Source of the DNA: an uncultured Thermoplasmatales archaeon
GTDB lineage: Archaea > Thermoplasmatota > E2 > DHVEG-1
NCBI GenBank assembly: GCA_964391625.1
Contig: CAYMMP010000002.1
Span: 1 to 50,855, forward strand
Length of the DNA: 50,855 bases
Direction: 5' to 3'
The notes under the pieces: generated by a model
Seen by the model: the letters and a program-made list of their open reading frames with translations, nothing else
Told to the model about the DNA's origin: nothing
Database searches by the model: none
Shown here: positions 39,646 to 48,313 of the stretch, piece by piece
Numbering within the stretch: the first letter of the stretch is position 1
Layout: each line of letters begins with the position of its first letter
Position numbers and translations under genes: made by a program

Positions 39646-40650
39646 ATGAATAAAATCTCAGGTTATGCAAGATTGTTGAGACTCCCGGGAATTGGGGCAC
39701 TTGGTATTGTACCTGTAATTGGTGCCTTAACAGTAGGAGTTGCAAATTTTATTGACCTATTGATTGTTTTTATTATTGGTGCATTCTCATGCATTTATGG
39801 ATTTATTTTGAATGATTATGTAGATATAGAATTAGATACACTAGTTGATGATTTGAAAAAAAAGCCATTGGTAAGCGGGATAGTTTCGAAGAAATCTGCA
39901 TTAACAACATCGATTTTCTTAATACTTCTTTCGTTTTTCTTTATCTCTATCCTATGGCATAGGCATGGTTTTGATGAATACAAATTCATGGCAGTGTTGT
40001 CAATAATTCTTGCAGGTTTTTTTGGAAGCATATATGATATTTATGGCAAAAGAATTGTTGGATCTGATTTTCTTGTTGCAATATCGGTATCCTTTGTATT
40101 TTTATTTGGAGCATTATCCTTTGGCAGACCTAACGAAATAACTTGGGTAATTTTTATTTTAACTTTTAACAACATATTATATATGAATGCCATTCAGAAC
40201 GGGCTAAAGGATGCAGATCATGACTATAAAATGAAGGTCAGAAATATCGCTCTTACATCCGGCGTAAAAGTCAAAGGAAATAATCTTACAATACCGTTTT
40301 CATTTAAAACATTTGGATTAGGGATAAGATTTTTCTCAGCCTTTTTATTATTTTCACCGTTTATAATTTTTAATAAAAATTATTATCTTTGGCAAATAAT
40401 CTTGCTGGCTTTTTTAATAATTATTTTCTTAATATTAAGTATTAGATTCTTGACAATGAAAACGTTTAATAGAACTAAAATACGGAAAATAATAGGGATA
40501 CAATCATTCCTAAGATATTCGCTTGTTCCGATTATGTTGATTTCCATTGTTGGAGTGAAATTATCTTTGATTTTGATTATTTTTCCGATAACATGGTACA
40601 TAATATTTACTCCATTAGTTGGAGAAAAATTATTCAAACCAAGAATGTAG
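39646..40650 (+). CDS. UbiA-superfamily prenyltransferase, paralogue 2
   Basis: Motif 1 is LNDYVDIELDTLVDDLKKKPLVSG and motif 2 is LKDADHDYKMKVRNIAL. The protein is polytopic. Confidence 0.75.
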   Translation: MNKISGYARLLRLPGIGALGIVPVIGALTVGVANFIDLLIVFIIGAFSCIYGFILNDYVDIELDTLVDDLKKKPLVSGIVSKKSALTTSIFLILLSFFFISILWHRHGFDEYKFMAVLSIILAGFFGSIYDIYGKRIVGSDFLVAISVSFVFLFGALSFGRPNEITWVIFILTFNNILYMNAIQNGLKDADHDYKMKVRNIALTSGVKVKGNNLTIPFSFKTFGLGIRFFSAFLLFSPFIIFNKNYYLWQIILLAFLIIIFLILSIRFLTMKTFNRTKIRKIIGIQSFLRYSLVPIMLISIVGVKLSLILIIFPITWYIIFTPLVGEKLFKPRM

Positions 40651-40672
40651 ATTATTAACAAAGGGGGAGCAT

Positions 40673-41911
40673 ATGAAATACAACGTAACAGTAGTTGGCG
40701 CTGGTCCAGCTGGCTCAACAGCTGCAAAAATACTCTCTGAAAATGGACTAAAAGTTGTTTTGATTGAAAAGGACAAACTTCCACGCGATAAACCTTGTGG
40801 TGGTGGTCTTCCACGCCGAGTTCTAGAGAGGTTTAACTATGTTGATAACGAAAGATTTATCGAATCCTATTCTTACTCTGGAGTTGCTTTTTCGCCCTCT
40901 ATGAAAGATAAAATCAAAGCAGAAAAAAAGATTCCGATTATAGCAACTGCTCTCAGAAAGAAATTCGATTTTGAATTAGTTAACCTTGCAAAAGAAAATG
41001 GAACAATAGTTAAAGATGGAAAAACAGTAACAGACTTGAAAATTTTTAAAGACAAGGCAAGAATCTTAACAAAAGATGGTGACTATATTGATTCAGAAAT
41101 TGTTGTTGGAGCAGATGGTGTATGGAGCACAGTTGCAAAAAAATCTGGATTAAGAAAAAGCAAATATGAAACTGGGGCATGCGTCTTACAGGAAGTTGAG
41201 GTTAATGAAAAAATCCTGGATGAATATTTTGGAAAAAGAAGAAAATGTTACATACATTCAAGATTTAAAGGAATTATGGGTTACGGGTGGATCTTTCCTA
41301 AGAAAGAACATCTTAACATAGGAATAGGTGGGGTCTGGGCAACTCATGGAGAAAAAATAAACTTATTGAAGTCTTACAGAGACTATATTGATTTTTTAAA
41401 ACAAAACAACCTAATTCCAAAAAACTTAAAAAAATCGCCTATTAAGGGAGGGAGGCTCCCAATAAATCCATTGGAAAAAACCTACGGCGAGAGGATTCTT
41501 CTTGTGGGCGACGCTGCAGGATTCATTAATCCGAGTACTGGGGAAGGCATCTATTATGCAATGTCTTCGGGAGAAATTGCTGCCAAAATGATTATCAAAG
41601 CATTACAAAAAGGAGATGTTTCGTCTGCCTTTTTATCCAACTACGAAAAATTGTGGAAAAAGGATTTTGGGAAAGATATCGAAGTAATCAATAATTTATT
41701 ATCAAAAGAATCATCGCAAGATTTTGAAGAACTTTTTAGAACAATTGGTTCAGATAAGCTCTTATCTGAGTTGTTTTTAGGCGTTTTGACTGGAGAATTG
41801 AGCGCTAACAAATATAAAGGTAAAATAATACGAAGATATCTTGCCTGCTCAATAAAAAACAAATTAAAAAAAAATAAAAAGAAAAAAGTGTTAGCTACTC
41901 TGGATGAGTAA
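40673..41911 (+). CDS. Geranylgeranyl reductase-family FAD-dependent oxidoreductase
   Basis: I chose the start at ATG 40673, after GGGGGAG. It has VVGAGPAGSTAA, the conserved RDKPCGGG and GDAAGFINPSTGEGIYYAMSSG. Confidence 0.85.
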   Translation: MKYNVTVVGAGPAGSTAAKILSENGLKVVLIEKDKLPRDKPCGGGLPRRVLERFNYVDNERFIESYSYSGVAFSPSMKDKIKAEKKIPIIATALRKKFDFELVNLAKENGTIVKDGKTVTDLKIFKDKARILTKDGDYIDSEIVVGADGVWSTVAKKSGLRKSKYETGACVLQEVEVNEKILDEYFGKRRKCYIHSRFKGIMGYGWIFPKKEHLNIGIGGVWATHGEKINLLKSYRDYIDFLKQNNLIPKNLKKSPIKGGRLPINPLEKTYGERILLVGDAAGFINPSTGEGIYYAMSSGEIAAKMIIKALQKGDVSSAFLSNYEKLWKKDFGKDIEVINNLLSKESSQDFEELFRTIGSDKLLSELFLGVLTGELSANKYKGKIIRRYLACSIKNKLKKNKKKKVLATLDE

Positions 41912-43283
41912 TAAGAACGTGTGCATAGTTGGAGCCGGGATTGGAGGATTAACTGCAGGGGCTTTATTATCAAAAAAAGGTTTCAACGTAACAATATTTG
42001 AAAAAGAATCTTTGATAGGTGGAAGAGCAATATCTCTAGATATGTCTTCTTTGACTTTCGAAGAGTACAAAAAATTACTTAAGAGATTCAATATAACTAT
42101 TCCATTTTCTGAACCGCCACTAGAAACACTTTTTCAGAAAAACATACTTCATGGATATCAATTAGACTTGGGTTATCACCTGATAGGTGGAGGGATAATC
42201 TATAATTTCAGTAACGTATTATCCATACCAAAAAATCATCTGAATATATTGGAATCAAAACTGTACGAGCAGAAAAACAGTCATTTTGATTTTTTTGTTA
42301 CAAATATTGAAAAGGTGAAAATGTTACCAAGAATTCTTCAACTACTCTTGTCTGGCGAAAAAACAATGAAAAAACTAGACGGAATAACAATTACTGAAAC
42401 TGTAAAAAAATATGGGACTGGGAAAATGAAAGTTGTTTTAGAGGTTAACTCCCGTTTAATTACCACAGTGAATAATCTTGATAAAATATCAACAGGTGAA
42501 GTTTTTCGAACTCAAAAAGATATGAAATTAAGAGGGGTAAGATATCCAAAAAACGGTTTATCCAACATTACTCAAAAACTAGCAAATTTTATTGAAAAGA
42601 ATGGTGGAAAAATTCATTTGAACTCTAAAGTTGAAAAAATAATTATTGAAAATAAGAAAGCAAAAGGTGTTATTGTTAATGGTAAGGAGAGTTTATTCGA
42701 TATTGTTATAGCAAATATTATAGTTCAAAATCTCTTTAAAATTGCAGATGAAAAACAGTTTCCAAAAAATTATGTTAACAATATAAAAACTCTTTATGGA
42801 ACTGGCAGTCTTTGTGCATATTATTCATTTAATAAAATCCAGCCAGAACTGTTAGGTAAAACTTTCATTTTCATTGAAAGGGATGCAGGCATTGATGGCA
42901 AAGATGCTGTAGGTATGATAGATTTTATGGTTGCCTCACCAGAGTCTGGATTGGCTCCAAAGTCACAACATCTTGTTCAATCTTACATCATATGTACGCC
43001 AGAAGAAGCAAAAAATAAAAAGATTCTGGAAAATCTCAAAAAAGTATTAGATAAAAATCTTGAGAGAATTATACCAGATTATCATTCCAATTTGAATTGG
43101 GCGATCTATCCTGCAATATGGCATCTGGATGGTGTAGCAAAAACTATTGATAATGAAAAACCTGAGATTAAATCCCCTATAAAAAATCTTTATTTAGTTG
43201 GGGATTGTGTTAGGGTGCCGGGCATAGGCATAAACTGTGCCATTAACTCTGCACAAACTTTAAAGGATATTATCAAGTCTTAA
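41904..43283 (+). CDS. Phytoene-desaturase-family (CrtI/CrtD-like) FAD oxidoreductase
   Basis: It has N-terminal VCIVGAGIGGLTAGALLSKKGFNVTIFEKESLIGGRA and C-terminal LYLVGDCVRVPGIGINCAINSA. It overlaps the reductase gene by 8 bp. Confidence 0.75.
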   Translation: MSNKNVCIVGAGIGGLTAGALLSKKGFNVTIFEKESLIGGRAISLDMSSLTFEEYKKLLKRFNITIPFSEPPLETLFQKNILHGYQLDLGYHLIGGGIIYNFSNVLSIPKNHLNILESKLYEQKNSHFDFFVTNIEKVKMLPRILQLLLSGEKTMKKLDGITITETVKKYGTGKMKVVLEVNSRLITTVNNLDKISTGEVFRTQKDMKLRGVRYPKNGLSNITQKLANFIEKNGGKIHLNSKVEKIIIENKKAKGVIVNGKESLFDIVIANIIVQNLFKIADEKQFPKNYVNNIKTLYGTGSLCAYYSFNKIQPELLGKTFIFIERDAGIDGKDAVGMIDFMVASPESGLAPKSQHLVQSYIICTPEEAKNKKILENLKKVLDKNLERIIPDYHSNLNWAIYPAIWHLDGVAKTIDNEKPEIKSPIKNLYLVGDCVRVPGIGINCAINSAQTLKDIIKS

Positions 43284-43327
43284 GAAAAGGAAACAATTTA
43301 ATATAAACAAAAAATAGCATAAAGGTA

Positions 43328-44335
43328 ATGAGTAAGCCGCCCATAGGTAAAAAAAATCCTCTTTCTGGAAAATGGACAATGAAGGAGCCTTACACCAAAA
43401 CCAGGTTTCTTTCAGCACAAGCCAGAGGAGTAATTGACCTTTTTCGACCTTTTACTCTCTCAGCACCATTTATTGTTTCAATGTCAATAATGGTCGCAAG
43501 CCTTGTTTTCAATTACGAAAATTTTGGCACAGAAATCCCATCGAGGTGGTACTTCACAGTAGCACAAGCTGGTTTAACAATAGCAATAGTAAATGCAGCA
43601 TCAAACTCTTTAAATCAGGCCACTGATGTTGAATCAGACAGAATATCTAAACCATATAGGCCAATACCAAGAGGTGTTATTAAAAGAGAGGGTGCTCAAA
43701 GCTTAGCATATATACTATATCTTTTTGCACTTCTCAGAGCTGTAACCATAAATGCTTGGTTTGGAACTTTCATATTTTTAATCATGATTTTTACAGTAAC
43801 ATACTCGCTTCCACCTAGAATGAAAAAATATCTTTTCGTAAATCAAATATGGATAGCTATACCAAGAGGGCTGTTTGGCATATTGGCAGCATGGTGTGTT
43901 TTTGGAGCGGAGCACTTATTTGATACGCCAACCCCTTGGATCATAGGAGGAATAGCCACCGTATTCCTAATCGGCGGAATGGCAACAAAGGATATTACAG
44001 ACGCTGAAGCAGATAAAAAAACAGGCGTCCATACAATGATAAATACTTTTGGGGTTAGAAAAACAGCGTTTGTTAGTTTTCCATTCATGTTTTTTTCATT
44101 TGCATTTATTCCGATATTCATAAATAACGGATCTTTGAAACCATATCTACAGCCTTTAACGCTATTTGCAGCATTTAGCATTTTAATCTTTTATTTAATG
44201 TACAGAAAAACAGAAAGCAAAACACTTGAAAACATACAAGCATGGGCAATCATGTACGTAACATACATATTCTTTGCGTTGGCGTTTGCTGTGTTGACAA
44301 TATTTAACAAAGCCCTACCATTTCCATTTAACTAA
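43328..44335 (+). CDS. UbiA-superfamily prenyltransferase, paralogue 3
   Basis: Motif 1 is LNQATDVESDRISKPYRPIPRG (N-Q rather than N-D) and motif 2 is TKDITDAEADKKTGVHT. The protein is polytopic. Confidence 0.8.
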   Translation: MSKPPIGKKNPLSGKWTMKEPYTKTRFLSAQARGVIDLFRPFTLSAPFIVSMSIMVASLVFNYENFGTEIPSRWYFTVAQAGLTIAIVNAASNSLNQATDVESDRISKPYRPIPRGVIKREGAQSLAYILYLFALLRAVTINAWFGTFIFLIMIFTVTYSLPPRMKKYLFVNQIWIAIPRGLFGILAAWCVFGAEHLFDTPTPWIIGGIATVFLIGGMATKDITDAEADKKTGVHTMINTFGVRKTAFVSFPFMFFSFAFIPIFINNGSLKPYLQPLTLFAAFSILIFYLMYRKTESKTLENIQAWAIMYVTYIFFALAFAVLTIFNKALPFPFN

Positions 44336-44368
44336 AAGTTAATATAGTGAAAATAATTTCTTATACAC

Positions 44369-44719
44369 ATGGAAAAAAAAACAATATTTTTAGAATTACC
44401 TGGCGAGCTAGTAGAAAAAATTGACAGGATGAATACTTTAGGGGACAGATCCACATTCGTATCAAATCTATTGGAAAAACAGATACAAAAACAGGAAATG
44501 AATCGCGATATTAAACCAGCTACAGAATTGACCAGGAGAATGGAAGAGCTTGATGGAAGCATGTCATTTCCTGGAGAAATAAAACTTATAAAAAACGATG
44601 GAGAGCCTATCGGCACTTTTAACATTGATACAATACAGGGTTTCGAAGATTTAGCTAAGAAAATACAAGAAGCATCTGAAGATCCGGCAGTCAGAATAAA
44701 AGCCCGCAGATGGTTATAA
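44369..44719 (+). CDS. Hypothetical protein with possible N-terminal ribbon-helix-helix
   Basis: TIFLELPGELVEKIDRMNTLGDRSTFVSNLLEKQI has a strand-helix-helix pattern. It is co-directional, 33 bp after UbiA-3. I prefer it over the antisense ORF 44332..44727, which is Ser/Phe-rich shadow-like sequence. Confidence 0.45.
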   Translation: MEKKTIFLELPGELVEKIDRMNTLGDRSTFVSNLLEKQIQKQEMNRDIKPATELTRRMEELDGSMSFPGEIKLIKNDGEPIGTFNIDTIQGFEDLAKKIQEASEDPAVRIKARRWL

Positions 44720-44932
44720 AAATTCATAGAACCTATGTATATACGTACATCAATTGTCCAAATCCCGTTTCATAATTGATTACATATCTATTTCTATTTC
44801 CACCTAAAAAACATTTTAGTTATACCATAATTTATGTTCTTTCATAAACTAGAACTTGGGAAATTTTGCTTAGATGCAGTTAAAATATATAGTCTTACTG
44901 GCTCCTATTGCATGCGTATTCACAAAAAAGTT

Positions 44933-45565
44933 TTAAAGTCCTCTTTTTACTAATGAGGGCAAAAGTACTAAAATAACTATTACTGCTGCAATTATCCCAA
45001 AGAACAGCACCTCTGGAGGGAATGCTACTATCGCTCTAACAATAAACTCAAACAGAAAAAACATGAAGCCCATTACCACAAAGAACATAAATATGGTGGC
45101 TAAAATCATTTTTTGTTGGTGACTGATTCCTCTTCCTCCAAGTTGCATAATTTTGTAGGAAAACAAAAGCACTAATATGTCAAAAGTTATTACTACAAGA
45201 GCAGCCCAAATGGAAGATATTGATACAGAGCCAAATGTTTTGTATGTTCCAGAAGGAATTAATATTAGGTAAAATATGATAACAACGATGATACCACCAG
45301 CTATTGCTAAAGGGTTAAATCTATGTGGACGGAGCATTGACAACAATGCCTCCTGTTTCTCTTCCTTGCTTGAACTCTTAAGATAAGTTATCATTGCATA
45401 GGATAATACTACTAATACTCCTACAGAGATAAAAACCAACGTTAAAACACCATCTGTTATCTTATCATAAAACTCGACTCTTTGACTGCGAAATAATATA
45501 ACAGCAACGAAGCCTAGGAATATGGCCAACAGTAACGCTAGCAAGTTTTTCAATCTTTTCTCCAT
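44933..45565 (-). CDS. Hypothetical polytopic membrane protein
   Basis: It has 6 hydrophobic helices. No family was recognised. Confidence 0.5.
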   Translation of the reverse strand: MEKRLKNLLALLLAIFLGFVAVILFRSQRVEFYDKITDGVLTLVFISVGVLVVLSYAMITYLKSSSKEEKQEALLSMLRPHRFNPLAIAGGIIVVIIFYLILIPSGTYKTFGSVSISSIWAALVVITFDILVLLFSYKIMQLGGRGISHQQKMILATIFMFFVVMGFMFFLFEFIVRAIVAFPPEVLFFGIIAAVIVILVLLPSLVKRGL

Positions 45566-45649
45566 GTTTCTTACAAAAGTATGGTATGGGGTACATTATT
45601 TTTAATGTTTATCTAACTAATATACTAATATTGTGACAGGAAAAAACAA

Positions 45650-45767
45650 TGTCGGGAGCGGGATTTGAGCCCGCGACCTCCTGATATCTTAGCACCAAAG
45701 GCTATTTTTCGAACCCTTTAGCTTAGCTTATGAGTCAGGCGCTCTAACCAGGCTGAGCCACCCCGAC
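45650..45767 (-). tRNA. tRNA with CAT anticodon (elongator Met or Ile2) carrying a roughly 43-nt intron at the canonical 37/38 position
   Basis: The reverse complement folds by hand: acceptor GTCGGGG/TCCCGAC, D arm GCTC-AGCCTGGTTA-GAGC, anticodon stem CCTGA/TCAGG with loop CT-CAT-AA interrupted by about 43 nt, and T arm GCGGG-CTCAAAT-CCCGC. The discriminator is A, no CCA is encoded, and an oligo-T run follows. Confidence 0.85.
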
Positions 45768-45818
45768 ATATAATTTAGAAGCAGAATAGAGACCTTATTT
45801 ATAAAAACTTTCTAATAT

Positions 45819-46226
45819 CTAATCTAAAACTAACTTGCTTTTATTACGTAAAAAAATCGTATGTAATCCTACCTCTTTTGCTCTTTTTCTTAACTCGCGA
45901 TCATTAGTGACGACAATGCCGTTTAATTCCTTAGCCAAAAACAAAACTGAATCATCGCCTCTCGTATTACCAGCCTCAGCTATTGCATATTTTTCAATTA
46001 TTTCAAAAGATGCTTTTGCAAAGGTTTTTTTTCTACCTTTGCCGTTTTCTGATAAAAATTTCAGTTCCTCAATGATGGGGCTTGGAATAACCATCTTATA
46101 TTTTCCCAACAGCCGAGTTAACTCGTTTTCCAGATCTATAGAAAATTCAAAAGGCATCAAAATAGCGCTACTGTCAAGTACGACTATTTTTCCAGCTTTA
46201 TTTCTCCGTATCCTATAAGATGCCAT
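45819..46226 (-). CDS. PIN-domain (Fcf1/Utp24-like) endoribonuclease
   Basis: It has [18 protein letters not shown] and [26 protein letters not shown]. It lies immediately downstream of aIF2-gamma, as in many archaea. The annotated start overlaps the aIF2-gamma 3' end by 43 nt. Confidence 0.75.
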   Translation of the reverse strand: MASYRIRRNKAGKIVVLDSSAILMPFEFSIDLENELTRLLGKYKMVIPSPIIEELKFLSENGKGRKKTFAKASFEIIEKYAIAEAGNTRGDDSVLFLAKELNGIVVTNDRELRKRAKEVGLHTIFLRNKSKLVLD

Positions 46227-47425
46227 CTACCGTCAATCCTTCTACTTATAGCAATTCTCTGACCAGGATTTGCACAAACTGGGAGTTTCAATTTCACACT
46301 GATTTCCTCACCATGAAACTCGGATACAATCCCAACTGTGGTTGCAGTGCCAATAGTAAGCATAAGAGGTTCATTTGTTTTAATTGGATCGACGTTTTTC
46401 TCTTCGATTGTTCCAACTACTCTTTTTAGAAGATTAATTGAAAGGCTAAATCTATCAAGTGTGGGTGGTAACTGATTGGTCTTTCCAACAACTTTACCAG
46501 CATATGAATCAGACTTCGTCCTAGCAGGATCTAGAGAAGTTTTTATCGCAATCAAACCACCAGGAGTTGCCTCATTTACCGATTTTCCACCAGTAAATAA
46601 GGATTCTATATTGGTAGTAATTTTTTCTAAGATTTTTTTGCCTTCCAATTCTATTTTTCTACCTGGACAAATCTCTATTTCCTCACCAACTTTTAATTTC
46701 CCATGGATTAGTGATCCGCCAACAATGCCTCCTTGAAGATCCTTTGGTTCGGCTCCTGGTTTGTTAATATCAAAGCTACGTGCAACATACATCAAAGGAG
46801 GCGTATCAAAGTCTCTCTCAGGTGTGGGAATTTTTTCCTGCATTGCTTTAATGAGCACATCAATATTAATATCTTGATGTGCACTTACAGGAATAATTGG
46901 TGCGCTTTCAGCACAAGTTCCTTTAACAAAGTTCAGTATTTGTTCATAATTTTTAATAGCATTTTTCTCAGAAACCAAATCAATTTTGTTCTGTACAATA
47001 ACAATATTTTTAATTCCTGAAATATCTAACGCAGTTAAATGTTCACGAGTTTGAGGTTGCGGACAAGTTTCATTGGCAGCTATTACTAAAACAGCTCCAT
47101 CCATTATAGCAGCGCCAGAGAGCATAATTGCCATCAGGGTTTCATGACCTGGTGCATCGACAAACGAAACAACACGTAAAAGATTACAAGTGCTACCACA
47201 ATGTGGGCACTTTTTTTGAGTTGTATAACATTTTGGCTCATCACATTTAGGGCATTTGTAAAAAGCAGCGTCAGCATAGCCAAGTTTTATTGAAATGCCT
47301 CGCTTGAGCTCTTCGGAATGCTCATCAGTCCATTTGCCAGTTAATCTCTGAGTTAAAGTAGTTTTTCCATGATCAACATGACCGATCATACCAATATTAA
47401 TCTCAGGCTGACTAGGCAAACTCAT
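46184..47425 (-). CDS. eif2g: Translation initiation factor 2 subunit gamma
   Basis: It has [10 protein letters not shown], the zinc knuckle CPKCDEPKC...CPHCGS, and NKID. Confidence 0.95.
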   Translation of the reverse strand: MSLPSQPEINIGMIGHVDHGKTTLTQRLTGKWTDEHSEELKRGISIKLGYADAAFYKCPKCDEPKCYTTQKKCPHCGSTCNLLRVVSFVDAPGHETLMAIMLSGAAIMDGAVLVIAANETCPQPQTREHLTALDISGIKNIVIVQNKIDLVSEKNAIKNYEQILNFVKGTCAESAPIIPVSAHQDINIDVLIKAMQEKIPTPERDFDTPPLMYVARSFDINKPGAEPKDLQGGIVGGSLIHGKLKVGEEIEICPGRKIELEGKKILEKITTNIESLFTGGKSVNEATPGGLIAIKTSLDPARTKSDSYAGKVVGKTNQLPPTLDRFSLSINLLKRVVGTIEEKNVDPIKTNEPLMLTIGTATTVGIVSEFHGEEISVKLKLPVCANPGQRIAISRRIDGRWHLIGYGEIKLEK

Positions 47426-47916
47426 TGTTGCTCCTCATCTTTCTTTTCTTCAGCTTCTTTAGGAGTTTCAACTGTCTCAGTTTTTTCCTCTGTTTTCTCC
47501 TCGACTTTCTCTTCACTTTTTTCTTCAGTTTTTTCTATGGGTTTAATTAATTGATCAATTGCTCTTGAACCATGCTTGGTTACTTTCATATTAATCTGAA
47601 CAATATCCTGACCTACTGTATTTCCACGAATTGATTTCTTTCGTCTCATTCCATTTTCTTTTGCATTGAAACCTGTACTTTTACTAACCAATAGCCTTCG
47701 TCTAATCATGCCAGGCAAATCAGATCTCATGGAAAAACCATCTTTATCTGTTCCACCAGTTATTTGCAATTTATAACCTGGTAAAGAAATAAAAATACCA
47801 TCTACTTCATCACCAATCTTTTTACCAATTAGTGAATTAGCATGATGACCGCTTACCTGAACTTGATGGGATTTTCCGCTTTTTGTATCATTTACAACGA
47901 CTTTAAATTCTACCAT
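47422..47916 (-). CDS. rps6e: 30S ribosomal protein S6e with acidic/lysine-rich C-terminal tail
   Basis: It has [30 protein letters not shown], and the tail is [37 protein letters not shown]. There is an ATGA overlap with the aIF2-gamma start. Confidence 0.9.
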   Translation of the reverse strand: MVEFKVVVNDTKSGKSHQVQVSGHHANSLIGKKIGDEVDGIFISLPGYKLQITGGTDKDGFSMRSDLPGMIRRRLLVSKSTGFNAKENGMRRKKSIRGNTVGQDIVQINMKVTKHGSRAIDQLIKPIEKTEEKSEEKVEEKTEEKTETVETPKEAEEKKDEEQQ

Positions 47917-48313
47917 ATCAACGTCTCCATTAATCTGAAACTTTTCTTCGGTAACAATATTATATATTAATAGCTTTTTGCAACTAAATATAAGTAATTA
48001 TCTTGGAAATTCTTTAAATTTAAAAAGTTTTTTATAAGAGCAGCAAATTGTCTGATGCTACTAAACTGGTAGGACTGGGGGAGATAAATTGTCCGAATTC
48101 GTTTGGCATTGGAGCAAAGGAAATAAAAAAATCTATACTAAAAATACAGAAATTGCCGAAAAGGCAATGAGAGAAGGAATGCTTGTTATGGGTATGAGAA
48201 TAAAACCAAGCATTCAAAGATTTAAATAAAATTGTAAATATTGGATTTAGAGGGGTTTAATCTTTTTTCAACGTAAGTTTTTTAGTGGGCTACCATATTA
48301 GCCCTTGACAATC

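Noticed and set aside
38967-41973. Minus-strand ORFs inside the isoprenoid operon (38967..39308, 39816..40031, 40383..40814, 40873..41055, 41641..41973).
   Set aside because: They are antisense to plus-strand genes with strong family motifs (UbiA, GGR). Their composition is typical of shadows in AT-rich DNA.
44332-44727. 131-aa ORF antisense to 44369..44719.
   Set aside because: It is a Ser/Phe/Cys/Ile-rich, shadow-like translation of a K/E-rich sense gene. The plus-strand ORF matches the proteome composition and the operon direction.
45566-45818. tRNA-associated integration hotspot or mobile element.
   Set aside because: No integrase or transposase is present, I could find no direct repeat of the tRNA 3' end, and the flanking genes (a membrane protein and PIN/aIF2-gamma) look native.
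45835-46218. 127-aa plus-strand ORF opposite the PIN-domain gene.
   Set aside because: The minus strand carries clear PIN motifs and conserved synteny with aIF2-gamma, so the plus ORF is an antisense shadow.
48032-48217. 61-aa minus-strand ORF, and a possible sRNA, in the 397-bp gap between rps6e and eif2b.
   Set aside because: The ORF has no start context or motif and has an implausible composition. I looked for C/D-box (RUGAUGA...CUGA) or H/ACA features and found only a small hairpin, ATTGCC-GAAAA-GGCAAT (about 48152-48168). That is not enough to call an RNA gene.
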